A stretch of DNA of 64,000 bases from Candidatus Hydrogenedentota bacterium (GTDB taxonomy: Bacteria; Hydrogenedentota; Hydrogenedentia; Hydrogenedentales; SLHB01). The position numbers and the translations under genes are program-made. Below, piece after piece: positions 32,814-42,866 of the stretch (position 1 is the first letter of the stretch; each line of letters opens with the position of its first letter). The stretch is from positions 288,001 through 352,000 of the forward strand of contig CAVUWV010000008.1 in NCBI GenBank assembly GCA_963745075.1, read 5' to 3'. Below the pieces are notes generated by a model. It ran no database searches, had not been told where the DNA came from, and was given only the letters and a program-made list of their open reading frames with translations.

Positions 32814-33755
32814 ATGCGCACAGTCTATCTGATCGGAATCTTTGCGTCGTTCATACCGGCCGCCGCACCGGACGAAATCCTCACGCCCGTCGTTCAGGGC
32901 GACTGGTGGCAGGTCGCGGGCGACCCAGACCTGGGCCAATACACCGACCCCAAGCAACAACCCGTCGACTTCGCCGTGTGGCAGGCGGCCGACGGTACCT
33001 GGCAATTGTGGTCGTGCATTCGGCACACCCAATGCGGAGGCCACACGCGCCTCTTCCACCGCTGGGAAGGCAAGAACCTGACCGACGCCGATTGGGAACC
33101 CAAGGGCATCGCCATGATGTCCGACCCGGATTTGGGCGAACCGCTGGGCGGATTACAGGCGCCCCACGTCGTGCAATGGAATGGCGTGTACTGGATGGCC
33201 TACGGCGACTGGGACGACATTTGTTTTGCCACCAGCGAAGACGGCAAGGAATTTACGAGGATTGTCCAGCCCGATGGTGAGACGGCGGTGTTCACGGAAG
33301 GTCCCGGCGTCAATACGCGCGATCCCATGCTGCTCTTCACCGGCGGGCTCTGGCACTGTTACTACACGGCCTTTCCCCACGAGCACGGCTACGACTATTG
33401 CCGCACTTCACCCGATTTGAGGACGTGGAGCAACTCCTCCGTGGTCGCCTACGGCGGCAACGCAGGCAACAATCCGTTCTCGGCGGAATGCCCCCACGTG
33501 GTCGAGGTCAACCCCGGCGCGTACTACCTGTTCCGCACGCAACGCTACGGGGAAGACGCGCAGACCTCCGTGTACCGGTCGCGCAATCCGCTGAACTTCG
33601 GCATCGACGACGATTCGTGCTTCGTGTGCACCTTGCCTATCGCCGCGCCGGAGATCGTGCTGCACGAAGGGAAGTACTACATCGCGTCACTGCTACCGAA
33701 CTTAAAAGGTATCCGTCTCGCGCGCCTCGAGTGGCTCCCGGCTAAGACCGAATAA
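32814..33755 (+). CDS. Five-bladed beta-propeller glycoside hydrolase-like protein (GH32/GH43 clan-like)
   Basis: QAPHVV, TRDPM, AECPHVV motifs; signal peptide. Confidence 0.75.
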   Translation: MRTVYLIGIFASFIPAAAPDEILTPVVQGDWWQVAGDPDLGQYTDPKQQPVDFAVWQAADGTWQLWSCIRHTQCGGHTRLFHRWEGKNLTDADWEPKGIAMMSDPDLGEPLGGLQAPHVVQWNGVYWMAYGDWDDICFATSEDGKEFTRIVQPDGETAVFTEGPGVNTRDPMLLFTGGLWHCYYTAFPHEHGYDYCRTSPDLRTWSNSSVVAYGGNAGNNPFSAECPHVVEVNPGAYYLFRTQRYGEDAQTSVYRSRNPLNFGIDDDSCFVCTLPIAAPEIVLHEGKYYIASLLPNLKGIRLARLEWLPAKTE

Positions 33756-33835
33756 CTTCCTTATCTTTCGTACTCGTACTCGCGTTCGTACTCGACAACC
33801 ACCCGTTACTTCTGTTGGATTGGAATGTCCTCCCC

Positions 33836-34663
33836 TCACAACTCCGTCAAGCCAAACATCTTCATCAGCACTCGGTCCAATAACGCCTCGGGGACGAGCC
33901 GTTTGATGAGCGGATAGCGTCGCCCGCCGCGGCCTACCCGCAGCACTCGCGGCGGATTCGGTCGGGTCGCGGCGGCGACGATTTTCCGCGCCACCCGGTT
34001 CACCGGCGCGGCGCCGTGTTGCGAAGTCTGTGCGCGCCGGACAATGTGTTCGGCAATGGACGCGTACGGAGAACCCTCGCCGACCGCAACATGTTTCGTG
34101 GACGTGTCACCGAACCGCGTCGTGACCCCACCCGGTTGAACGATCAGCATATTCACTCCAAAAGGTTTCAATTCCATGCGCGCGGACTCGGAGAGCGCAT
34201 GAAGCGCCGCCTTCGACGCGCAATAGGAACCGGCGAAAGGCGTCGTGAGAATGCCGGAAATACTCCCGATCTGAATGATGCAGCCGCGACGCTGTTCGAT
34301 CATATGCGGCGCCACCGCCTGCATCATGGCCACCGCGCCGATGACGTTCGTCTCGAGTTGCAATCGAAGTTTCTCGAGGGGCACGTCGATCATCGGACCG
34401 ATCTGGCCGAAACCGGCGTTGTTGACTAGGATGTCGATGCGGCCCGCCGCGTCCATGATGGTATCCACCGCGTCCTGAATCGATGCGGGATCGGTTACGT
34501 CAATCTGTGCCGTCTCTATGTGCGGCCCGGTCAGATCGGCGATCGATTCCGGACGCCGTGCAGACGCAATGACCCGGTGCCCCTGTGCGGCAAACTCTAC
34601 CGCCAGTGCCCGGCCAATCCCGGACGAGCATCCCGTGATTAATACGACTTGTTTGGTAGGCAT
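33836..34663 (-). CDS. SDR family oxidoreductase
   Basis: ITGCSSGIG, LVNNAG, YCASK; start placed at MPTKQ. Confidence 0.93.
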   Translation of the reverse strand: MPTKQVVLITGCSSGIGRALAVEFAAQGHRVIASARRPESIADLTGPHIETAQIDVTDPASIQDAVDTIMDAAGRIDILVNNAGFGQIGPMIDVPLEKLRLQLETNVIGAVAMMQAVAPHMIEQRRGCIIQIGSISGILTTPFAGSYCASKAALHALSESARMELKPFGVNMLIVQPGGVTTRFGDTSTKHVAVGEGSPYASIAEHIVRRAQTSQHGAAPVNRVARKIVAAATRPNPPRVLRVGRGGRRYPLIKRLVPEALLDRVLMKMFGLTEL

Positions 34664-34707
34664 GTGCAGCTTTCCTGCCTGGTTCCAGCGACGGGCAAAC
34701 CCAAAAC

Positions 34708-34787
34708 GTGTGGCACAGCCGCCCTCGGCTGTGTTCTTCAAAGCAAGTGAAATCATGTACCCACAGCCGAGGGCGGCTGTTCCACAC
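34708..34787. repeat. REP doublet, family A
   Basis: Copies at 34708-34733 and 34762-34787 (one mismatch), inverted. Confidence 0.85.
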
Positions 34788-34838
34788 GTTTTGCTTCTAA
34801 GATTTCGTCCCTGTCTGACCGGTTTCGGCTCCGCAGGC

Positions 34839-35534
34839 TCACGCCTCATACGGTAGCGGATCCTCGATGCCGGCTTCCTTGAATGCTTTGAGTCGCTCCA
34901 CGCAGGTGGGGCACACGCCGCAGGCCTTTTCGCCACCGCGGTAGCAGGACCACGTCTGCGCGAACAAGACGCCGAGTTCCTGGCCCAACCGCACGGAATC
35001 CGCTTTCTTCTTCTCGATAAACGGCGCACGGACGGTGACCCGTTCGCGCCGGTTCAGCGCGAGCACGGCGTTGACCCGTTCCAGAAAGTCCGTCGTGCAA
35101 TCCCAATACCCGTATTCGTCCAGGGCCTGCGCGCCGTAGAAGACTTTGGAAATCCTGTGGGCCTCGGCGTAGGCCGCGGCGATGGACAGGAGAATCATAT
35201 TGCGATTCGGCACGTAGGTCGGTGGCTGATCGAGATCCGCCGCGGCTAACTGCGAGAATTCGGGTACAGACTTGCCGCCCGCGATCAACGCCGAGACCCC
35301 GCGCACCAAGCCGCCGACAAACCCGATGTCGATGATGCGGTGTGCGTCCGCGTCTACCGCATCCGCCTGCCACCGGGCGCACTCGATTTCTTTCGAGTGG
35401 CGCTGGCCGTAGTTGAAACTCAAGACGTGGATCGGTGCGTGCTTCAGATTGCGCGCGACGTGGTGCAACAGAACCGACGAATCGATCCCGCCGCTGACGA
35501 GGACCACCGCCCCGTTCTGCGAAGTGTTACTCAT
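34839..35534 (-). CDS. queC: 7-cyano-7-deazaguanine synthase
   Basis: SGGIDS, YGQRH, TYVPNRN, TWSCY..GEKACGVCPTC. Confidence 0.96.
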   Translation of the reverse strand: MSNTSQNGAVVLVSGGIDSSVLLHHVARNLKHAPIHVLSFNYGQRHSKEIECARWQADAVDADAHRIIDIGFVGGLVRGVSALIAGGKSVPEFSQLAAADLDQPPTYVPNRNMILLSIAAAYAEAHRISKVFYGAQALDEYGYWDCTTDFLERVNAVLALNRRERVTVRAPFIEKKKADSVRLGQELGVLFAQTWSCYRGGEKACGVCPTCVERLKAFKEAGIEDPLPYEA

Positions 35535-35754
35535 CCCGTGAAAACCTTGTAGCGGTTAACGAAACCCTAACACGACCGCCCGTACGCAACGGGCGGTTCC
35601 GGCTCCACGTTGCCGGTTTCCCGACGGCTTTTCAACCTTGCCGTTGGTTGGGCGGCGTTCGATGGACGGATGGACGTGATGAACCGTATGGACGGTGGTT
35701 GCCTGGAACGTGGTAGTATTCGGCAGTTTCAGGTTTAGCGTCCCGGACGGGATT

Positions 35755-37044
35755 ATGGATACAACACAGGAAAACTACCGGCAAACGGTACGACAGCTCT
35801 CCGAGCGGGTGGTCGAAGCCCAACGGCCGATCCGTGTGCTCGATGCCATCAAATGGGACCCGAGTGTCCTGGTGGCGTTTTTCGAGAAGGACTGCCGTGA
35901 ACTGCCGCCGGTCGATGCCTCGTACTACGAACAACGGCCGCTCCCCTTCGATTCGGAAGCCAAGAAGCAGGAATTCCACGACATCGAGCGGGACATCCAG
36001 CGGCAGCTCGGCCAGTTCAATCCCGTCGGTGTGCTGATGCAGCGCATGTGCCGCGAGTACCGCATGGTCATCCGCATGCTGGAAACGCGGGGCACAACGG
36101 AATTCTCCGAGTTGTCGCAAAAACTCTACGGCAGCGCGGGCGACGTGTTTCACGCCGGCGACCCCACCCTCAACGACCTCGCGACGATGTTGACCGAGGC
36201 CCTTGAGAACATCGACCGCAGCGCCCTGGCCCAGAAAGAAGAGCGCACCATCGACGGCGAACAGGCCGTGGCCATCTTGCAGCAGCGGATGCGCGAATAC
36301 TTCCACGACGCCGAGCGCCATATCCGCGTCCGGCTTAGCGACGGCATTGTGGCCGACGCGGCCGCCGGCTCCGATTACATCAAGATCCGGAAAGAAGCCC
36401 GGTTCAGCGAGCGCGACCTGCGCCTGCTCGAAATCCACGAGGGGTGGGTCCACGTCGGTACCACGCTGAACGGTCTGAACCAGCCGGTCTGCACCTTCCT
36501 GAGCAAGGGGCCGCCCTCGTCCACCGTTACCCAGGAAGGGCTGGCCATCATCGCAGAGATCCTGGCGTTTGCGTCGCATCCCGCGCGGCTCCGGCGGCTG
36601 ACCAATCGGATTCGGGGCGTCCATATGGCCGAATCCGGCGCTAACTTCCTGGAAGTATTCGACTTCTACCGCCAGCAGGGGTTCTCGGACATCGAGAGCT
36701 ACACGAACACCGTACGCGTTTTCCGCGGCAGCACACCTGACGGGCCCCCGTTTACCAAGGACATCTGCTACAGCAAAGGCTTTGTGCTGGTCTACAACTA
36801 CCTGCGCCTGGCCGTGGTTCGGGGCGTGCCCGAGCGCATCCCGCTCCTGTTCTGCGGCAAGGCCACCCTGGAAGACATGCGGACACTCGCCGGGCTGCTG
36901 GACGAGGGGCTTTTGGTCGCGCCGAAGTACCTCCCGCCCGTCTTCGCCGACCTCAACGCCCTGGTCAGTTGGATGTGCTACTCCAGCTTCCTCAATCGCC
37001 TCAACCTCCAGCGCATCGAAGCCGACTACGCGCAAATCCTGTAG
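35755..37044 (+). CDS. QEGLA-motif/DUF1704 (MATCAP-like) metallopeptidase
   Basis: HEGWVH zinc motif, TQEGLA, RVFRG, FTKDICYSKG. Confidence 0.9.
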   Translation: MDTTQENYRQTVRQLSERVVEAQRPIRVLDAIKWDPSVLVAFFEKDCRELPPVDASYYEQRPLPFDSEAKKQEFHDIERDIQRQLGQFNPVGVLMQRMCREYRMVIRMLETRGTTEFSELSQKLYGSAGDVFHAGDPTLNDLATMLTEALENIDRSALAQKEERTIDGEQAVAILQQRMREYFHDAERHIRVRLSDGIVADAAAGSDYIKIRKEARFSERDLRLLEIHEGWVHVGTTLNGLNQPVCTFLSKGPPSSTVTQEGLAIIAEILAFASHPARLRRLTNRIRGVHMAESGANFLEVFDFYRQQGFSDIESYTNTVRVFRGSTPDGPPFTKDICYSKGFVLVYNYLRLAVVRGVPERIPLLFCGKATLEDMRTLAGLLDEGLLVAPKYLPPVFADLNALVSWMCYSSFLNRLNLQRIEADYAQIL

Positions 37045-37193
37045 GGCTCGCGCTGGACACGGACCACCAAAGCGCCCTTGTTCCGCCAGCCACCAGCCGA
37101 ATTTGCTCTTCCCACCCGCCATTTGCTATGCTCCCCCATTCGTGCCCTGAACCGCCTGGGTACCAAACCGTCATGTGTAAGGAGGTGAATGCA

Positions 37194-37640
37194 TTGAGAA
37201 CATACGAAGCGCTCTACATCGTCAAACCGGACAAGAATGACGATGAGATCCAGACGATAGCCAAGGACGTCGAATCTCTTGTGACGACCAACGGCGGGAC
37301 TATCGTGCGCTCGGAAATTTGGGGCAAGAGAAAACTGGCCTACGAAGTCAAGAAACAGACCGAAGGAGTCTATGTGCTGCTGCGGTTTGAGTCTCCACCC
37401 GACTTCGTAACCCGTCTCGAAAACCATTTTCGACTGTCGGACGATGTCATCCGGGATTTGGTCGTGTATTTCGACCCGCAAACCCTTCGTCTGGAAGAGG
37501 AACAAAAACAGCGCGTGGAAGCGGAGATCCGCAACAGCGCGGGGAACCGGGATCGCGACCGGGACGACGATGATGACGACGATCGCCGGCCTCCCCGGGG
37601 ACGCCGCCGCGACCGCGATGACGACGAGGACGACGAGTAA
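37194..37640 (+). CDS. rpsF: 30S ribosomal protein S6 with long charged C-terminal tail
   Basis: RTYEALYIVKP, WGKRKLAYEV; AAGGAGGT RBS, TTG start. Confidence 0.96.
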   Translation: MRTYEALYIVKPDKNDDEIQTIAKDVESLVTTNGGTIVRSEIWGKRKLAYEVKKQTEGVYVLLRFESPPDFVTRLENHFRLSDDVIRDLVVYFDPQTLRLEEEQKQRVEAEIRNSAGNRDRDRDDDDDDDRRPPRGRRRDRDDDEDDE

Positions 37641-37667
37641 GCCCAACCACGAGGAGGAGATAGACTC

Positions 37668-38105
37668 ATGTCGGATTTGCGCATGCCGGATCTGAACAAG
37701 GTTTTTCTGGCTGGAAGACTGACGCGCGACCCCGAATTGCGCTATCTGCCCTCGGGGATGCCCTTGTGCAAGCTGGGGTTGGCCGTTTCCAGGTTTTATA
37801 AGACGAAGGATGGCGAGAAACGCGAAGAAACGCTGTTCATCAACGTCACGGCCTGGGGCAAGACCGGCGAGTACTGCAACGAGTATCTCCGCAAGGGGCG
37901 GCCCGTCCTCGTCGAAGGGCAATTGCGCAGCAACGATTTCGTGGACAAAGAAGGCAATAAACGCACCGGCTTCGAAATCAGCGCCGATCGAATCCAGCAA
38001 ATGGACTGGGAGGATCGGGGCGGATCCTCGGGCCCGAGTTCACGTCCACAACCGCGCGAAATTGAAGAACCGATGCCGGAAGCGGAAGACGATATTCCCT
38101 TCTGA
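37668..38105 (+). CDS. ssb: Single-stranded DNA-binding protein
   Basis: [19 protein letters not shown]-terminus EDDIPF. Confidence 0.97.
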   Translation: MSDLRMPDLNKVFLAGRLTRDPELRYLPSGMPLCKLGLAVSRFYKTKDGEKREETLFINVTAWGKTGEYCNEYLRKGRPVLVEGQLRSNDFVDKEGNKRTGFEISADRIQQMDWEDRGGSSGPSSRPQPREIEEPMPEAEDDIPF

Positions 38106-38128
38106 GCGTTCGCACAGGAGAAAATGGT

Positions 38129-38395
38129 ATGGCGAGAATCACTGCAAAAGCCAAGTCCAGGGCTCGCAAGAAAAAAAAGAAGGCCCTGCAGCGCAACAAG
38201 GTCTGCCGGTTGACGGTGGACCGGGTTGTCTATATCGATTACAAAGACGTGGGCATGTTGAAACATTACGTGACCGAACGCGGCAAGATCATTCCGCGGC
38301 GGATCACGGGGGCCACGGCGCGTCACCAGCGAATGCTGACCAAGGCGATTAAGATGGCCCGGCAGATCGCGCTGTTGCCATACGTCGCCGATTAG
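38129..38395 (+). CDS. rpsR: 30S ribosomal protein S18
   Basis: [31 protein letters not shown]. Confidence 0.97.
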   Translation: MARITAKAKSRARKKKKKALQRNKVCRLTVDRVVYIDYKDVGMLKHYVTERGKIIPRRITGATARHQRMLTKAIKMARQIALLPYVAD

Positions 38396-38431
38396 GGGCG
38401 GCGCGCCCGTCGCGTCCCCAGGTTGTGGGGC

Positions 38432-39445
38432 ATGGTGCAATTCGCACTCATTTGGGTGGGCCTGCTCTTTCTGGGTGTCGCCCTTTACCCGATCTCGGTC
38501 GGTATCTATCCCATACCGGCGGCCGTACTCGTGGCACGAAACCGGTGGAAATATGCCGCGGCGATACTGGTCGCGGCTGGGATAACACCGGTCATTGGGG
38601 TCTTCCTCCATCTGTTGGTGGATTCCCTCAATACTGCCGCGACCACGCCGGACACCGGGATTCCCGAGCCGGTGCGGTTCGCGACCGGGTCGACACTTGA
38701 ATACATTGGGTTCACATGTGCCGGGATTATCGCGGGAATCGGGGTAGCCCGAATGTGGAGTTACGGACGGCTCGTCCACGTACTGACCCTGTACGTTTTT
38801 GTGCTGATGGGGCTGAGCATCCTGATTTCGTTCGACGCCTGGTCGAGTCAGGTGGGCGCCATGGCGGAAAGTTTCCGCACCGCCGTCCAGCAGCAGGCCG
38901 AACAATCCGGCACGGAAGCCGTACAGACGCAACTGGACCTGATCACGTGGGTCGAAAAGCACGCCAGTTCGTTGTTTCTGGGCGTGAACTACGCCTCCAT
39001 TTTCGTGGCCTCGTGCCTGTTTGTGTCGCTGACGCGGTTCATCCTGCGCACGCGATTCGGCGAGGCGGGTCCCATCGGGACGTTTACGCAGATGCGGCCC
39101 TCCGAGTGGCTGGTCTGGCTGGCGATTGCGTCTGCGCTCTTGTGCCTGGCGTATCACCAATGGCCCCAGCCGGCCTTGCGGTTTCTCGGGTGGAACAGTG
39201 CCCTGGCCTTGAGTGCGATATACTGCATCAACGGCCTGTCGATCCTTCTGTACGGGGTGCACGCGTTCCGGCCGAACCTGCTGATTTTCGCGCTGATTGT
39301 ATTTGTCCTAATCAACGTTGGGGCCGTTCCCCTGTTGATACTGATTGGCTTATTCGATACGTGGGGCGACTATCGTCGCAAAATCGACCTGCTCGTCGCG
39401 GCCCGGAATAAAAAGAAGGGTCCGGACGACAACGGAATGGTATAG
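38432..39445 (+). CDS. DUF2232/YybS-family membrane protein
   Basis: Multi-TM protein with IGLFDTWGDYRR C-terminus; conserved position between rpsR and rplI. Confidence 0.85.
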   Translation: MVQFALIWVGLLFLGVALYPISVGIYPIPAAVLVARNRWKYAAAILVAAGITPVIGVFLHLLVDSLNTAATTPDTGIPEPVRFATGSTLEYIGFTCAGIIAGIGVARMWSYGRLVHVLTLYVFVLMGLSILISFDAWSSQVGAMAESFRTAVQQQAEQSGTEAVQTQLDLITWVEKHASSLFLGVNYASIFVASCLFVSLTRFILRTRFGEAGPIGTFTQMRPSEWLVWLAIASALLCLAYHQWPQPALRFLGWNSALALSAIYCINGLSILLYGVHAFRPNLLIFALIVFVLINVGAVPLLILIGLFDTWGDYRRKIDLLVAARNKKKGPDDNGMV

Positions 39446-39507
39446 TAAACGCTCGTCTTACCGGTCACGCGGGAAGCATGTGACCCCGGGAGCGAGAGGA
39501 GGACACC

Positions 39508-40074
39508 GTGAAGGTTATCCTGTGTGAGAACGTACCCAATCTGGGTGAAATGGGCGCCACGGTCAAGGTGGCCGACGGCTATGCCCGCAATTTTCTGTTG
39601 CCGCGCAAACTGGCGGTGAACGTGGACTCGAGCAGCGCCAAGCAGATCGAGCACGAAATGCGCATCATTAAGAAGCGGGAAGAGAAGGTCCGCGCCGAGC
39701 TGTCGGAAGTGGCCAAGAAACTCGCCGGCGTCACGGTCGAGATCAAGGCCAAGGCCGGCGCCGAAGATCGCATCTTCGGTTCCGTGACGACGGGCCAGAT
39801 CGCCGAAGAGCTGCGGCATCAGGGCTTCTCCGTGGACCGCAAGGCCATCTCGCTCGAAGAGCCCATCAAGTCACTCGGCATTCACACCGTCACCGTGCGG
39901 CTGATTAGCGGCGTCGACGCACCGGTCAAGGTGTGGGTGACCAAGGAAGAGACGGAAGAAGACCTTGCCGCCGCGGCCATCGCTGCTGCCGAGGCACAAG
40001 AAGCCGCGGCGGCTGCGGCCGCCGAGCCGGCGAAAGTGGTCGAGGTGCCGACGGAGGAGGAGGGCACGGAGTAA
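39508..40074 (+). CDS. rplI: 50S ribosomal protein L9
   Basis: MKVIL, VKVADGYARNFLLP, IFGSVT, PIKSLG. Confidence 0.97.
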   Translation: MKVILCENVPNLGEMGATVKVADGYARNFLLPRKLAVNVDSSSAKQIEHEMRIIKKREEKVRAELSEVAKKLAGVTVEIKAKAGAEDRIFGSVTTGQIAEELRHQGFSVDRKAISLEEPIKSLGIHTVTVRLISGVDAPVKVWVTKEETEEDLAAAAIAAAEAQEAAAAAAAEPAKVVEVPTEEEGTE

Positions 40075-40075
40075 C

Positions 40076-41539
40076 GTGGCCACGCAGCGAAAGGCGCCAC
40101 CCAGTTTCGACCGGATGCCGCCGCAGAACATCGACGCGGAGCGGTCTGTTCTCGGCGCCATGCTGCTGAACTCCGAAGCCGTTGGAACCGGAATCGAGGT
40201 TCTGCGCGAGAACGCGTCGGACATCTTCTATTCCGAAAAGCACCAGCATATCTACGCGGCGATCGTTTCGCTGTACCGGAACAACACGCCCATCGACGGC
40301 GTGACGCTGGTCGAACAGCTCACGCGCGACGGCCAGTTGGACACGGTCGGCGGGCCCAGCTACATTGCCGATCTGGCGGGCGCCGTGCCGACCTCGGCCA
40401 ACGTCGAGTACTACGCCAAGATCGTGCTCGATTCCGCCGTCCTTCGCCGCGTGATCGCGGCCTGCACGCGGCTGGCGGGCGAGGCCTACGCGTTGCCGGG
40501 GGACGTGAATACCCTCCTGGACGAGGCCGAGCAGGCCATTTTCTCTATCTCCGAGACGCGCCAGCTCAACCCCATTCACAAGGTTGTCGACCTGATCCCG
40601 GACGCCATCGACCGTATCGAATCGATCATCAAATCGCACACCGGATACACCGGTCTTCCTTCGGGGTACCACCGGCTCGACGAAATGCTGTCCGGCTTTC
40701 AAGCCTCCGACATGGTGATCCTGGCCGCGCGGCCCTCCGTCGGTAAAACGGCCTTCGCGCTGAACGTCGCCAGCAACGCGGCGATTCGCGAGAAAAAATC
40801 CGTGCTCATCTTTAGCCTCGAAATGGCAAAGGAGCAGTTGGTCCAGCGCCTGTTGTGCATGGAAGGCCGGATCAATTCTAAACGGCTGCGCACCGGGTTC
40901 CTGGCGAAGTCCGAGTTTCCCAAACTCCAGGAAGCGGCGGGCAAACTGAACGCCGCGCCCATCTACATCGACGATACGCCGAACATCAGCATTCTCGAAC
41001 TGCGATCCAAAGCGCGACGGCACGCCGCGCAATACGGCGTCGATCTGCTCGTCATCGACTACTTGCAGCTCATGCGCGCGCCCGGCCGCACCGAGAGCCG
41101 TCAAACCGAGATCGCGGAGATCTCGCGATCCGTAAAAGGGATTGCGCGCGAGTTGCGCGTCCCCGTCATCGCCTTGTCGCAGCTCAGCCGTGAAGCGGAG
41201 AAAGACGACACCGGCGCGCCGAAACTGTCCCACCTCCGCGAATCGGGCGCCATCGAGCAGGACGCCGACGTGGTCATCATGCTGTCGCGTCCGCCTGCCT
41301 TCAAACGGGCCGGCGACGACGAGGAAGAGGACCCATCCCACGAAAAGTTGATTCACGTCAACATCGCCAAACAGCGCAACGGGCCAACGGGAAAGATCGA
41401 CCTGTTCTTCGACCGGAACATCCAGTTGTTCCAGGATCCCGCCCAGCCAAGTGATGCTCCGTCCTACGCGCCGCCCGGCAGCGTCGCGCCGCCGTATGAG
41501 TCCGACGAGGTTTATGAGGAAGACGACACGCCCTTCTGA
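40076..41539 (+). CDS. dnaB: Replicative DNA helicase
   Basis: PPQNIDAERSVLGAML, AARPSVGKT, IDYLQL, LSQLSR, LRESGAIEQDAD, KQRNGPTG. Confidence 0.97.
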   Translation: MATQRKAPPSFDRMPPQNIDAERSVLGAMLLNSEAVGTGIEVLRENASDIFYSEKHQHIYAAIVSLYRNNTPIDGVTLVEQLTRDGQLDTVGGPSYIADLAGAVPTSANVEYYAKIVLDSAVLRRVIAACTRLAGEAYALPGDVNTLLDEAEQAIFSISETRQLNPIHKVVDLIPDAIDRIESIIKSHTGYTGLPSGYHRLDEMLSGFQASDMVILAARPSVGKTAFALNVASNAAIREKKSVLIFSLEMAKEQLVQRLLCMEGRINSKRLRTGFLAKSEFPKLQEAAGKLNAAPIYIDDTPNISILELRSKARRHAAQYGVDLLVIDYLQLMRAPGRTESRQTEIAEISRSVKGIARELRVPVIALSQLSREAEKDDTGAPKLSHLRESGAIEQDADVVIMLSRPPAFKRAGDDEEEDPSHEKLIHVNIAKQRNGPTGKIDLFFDRNIQLFQDPAQPSDAPSYAPPGSVAPPYESDEVYEEDDTPF

Positions 41540-41557
41540 GTGGTGTTGAAAGTTCCT

Positions 41558-41670
41558 CGTACTGATTCTCGTACGTCGTGCTCGTACTCGAATATGGGAA
41601 GAAGGGACGGCGGGTGTGGAAATCGAAGATTCGATCCTTTCGCGTTCGAGTACGAGACCGAGTACGAGTA
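41558..41670. repeat. Degenerate (GTACTC)n hexamer tracts in inverted arrangement
   Basis: CTCGTAC-type tract 41558-41590 and GAGTACGAG tract 41646-41670; same family at 33769-33796. Confidence 0.6.
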
Positions 41671-41821
41671 TGGGTAAATGGGATGCGCATAGTTTGTTGA
41701 CACAGTATCGGTAGCATTGCCGCCGGCAATACTCTAAAATAGACGCGGATTCACCAATTCGGGACCGAGGGTACGTGGAGCGCAGGTCCCGGCATTCAAC
41801 ACCGGCTTTTGGAGAATAACC

Positions 41822-42691
41822 ATGTTTCGCGGTTCCATTGTCGCGGTAGCGACACCATTCAAAGAAAACTATGAGATCGATTTCGACGCCTACGGCCGTC
41901 TCATCGATTTTCATCTCGAAAACGGCACGGACGGCATTGTGCCCTGCGGATGCACCGGAGAAGCCGCGACCCTTCAGCACAAGGAGCAGGAGCAATGCGT
42001 GCGGTTCACCGTGGAGCGTGTGGCCGGCCGGGTTCCCGTCATCGCGGGTACGGGCTCGAACAGCACGCTCGAAGCCCTGTCCCTGACGAAGTACGCCAAG
42101 GAAGTCGGCGCGGACGGGGCTCTGCTCATCACGCCCTATTACAACAAGCCCACGCCCGCCGGGCAAATTCTCCATTATTCGACCATTGCGAAAGCGGTGG
42201 ACATCCCCATCGTGCTGTACAACGTGCCCGGCCGCACCGGCACCAAGATGCTGCCCGAGACCATCGCCGAATTGTCGAAGGTTCCAAATATCGTCTGCAT
42301 CAAGGAGGCCTGCGGCAGCGTCGATCAAGTCAGTGAAATCCGGAGCCACTGCGACATCACCATCATGTCCGGCGACGACTCCTTGACCCTGCCCATGATG
42401 GCCGTCGGCGCGACCGGCGTAATCTCCGTCGCCGCGAACGTGGCCCCGGCCAAAGTCGCCGCCATGTGCGCTGCCTGGGACAAGGGCGATCTCGCCGAGG
42501 CGCAGCGCCTGCACTACGAACTGCTGCCGCTGTTCAAAGGGCTTTTCCTGGAAACCAACCCCATGCCGGTCAAGGCTGCCCTCGCGAAGATGGGACTCAT
42601 CCAGAACGTCTTGCGCATGCCGCTCACGCCCATGCGCTCAGAAATGTTCGCCAAGCTGGAGCCCATCTTGAAACAGGTCGACGCGATCTGA
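41822..42691 (+). CDS. dapA: 4-hydroxy-tetrahydrodipicolinate synthase
   Basis: GCTGE, TPYYNKP, LYNVPGRTG, IKEA, ETNPMPVK. Confidence 0.96.
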   Translation: MFRGSIVAVATPFKENYEIDFDAYGRLIDFHLENGTDGIVPCGCTGEAATLQHKEQEQCVRFTVERVAGRVPVIAGTGSNSTLEALSLTKYAKEVGADGALLITPYYNKPTPAGQILHYSTIAKAVDIPIVLYNVPGRTGTKMLPETIAELSKVPNIVCIKEACGSVDQVSEIRSHCDITIMSGDDSLTLPMMAVGATGVISVAANVAPAKVAAMCAAWDKGDLAEAQRLHYELLPLFKGLFLETNPMPVKAALAKMGLIQNVLRMPLTPMRSEMFAKLEPILKQVDAI

Positions 42692-42728
42692 CACGACGTA
42701 GTGAACGCACGCGTGTTCGAATCTTGGA

Positions 42729-42866
42729 TTGCCGTCTAAATAGCCGGTACTGGATTTCGATCAAATCGATCGCGCTTAGATCCGATTCGACTATTAAGAT
42801 CTCGCGTCCGGTCGGCTCGCATTCGGCGAACTGTCTGAGAATGGGTACCGGCTGTTTAGACCGCAA
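42729..42866. repeat. 22-bp imperfect inverted repeat enclosing ~94 bp (MITE-like)
   Basis: TTGCCGTCTAAATAGCCGGTAC / GTACCGGCTGTTTAGACCGCAA, 2 mismatches. Confidence 0.6.

Noticed and set aside
33836..35029. 397-aa SDR with long N-terminal extension
   Set aside because: The extension runs through the queC 3' end and REP repeats; the real start is MPTKQ at 34663.
37125..37193. S6:S18 autoregulatory leader before rpsF
   Set aside because: Plausible by position, but I cannot establish the conserved stem and CCR loop by eye.
39926..42514. 862-aa minus-strand ORF
   Set aside because: Antisense shadow of dnaB/dapA produced by high-GC codon bias; no recognisable motifs.
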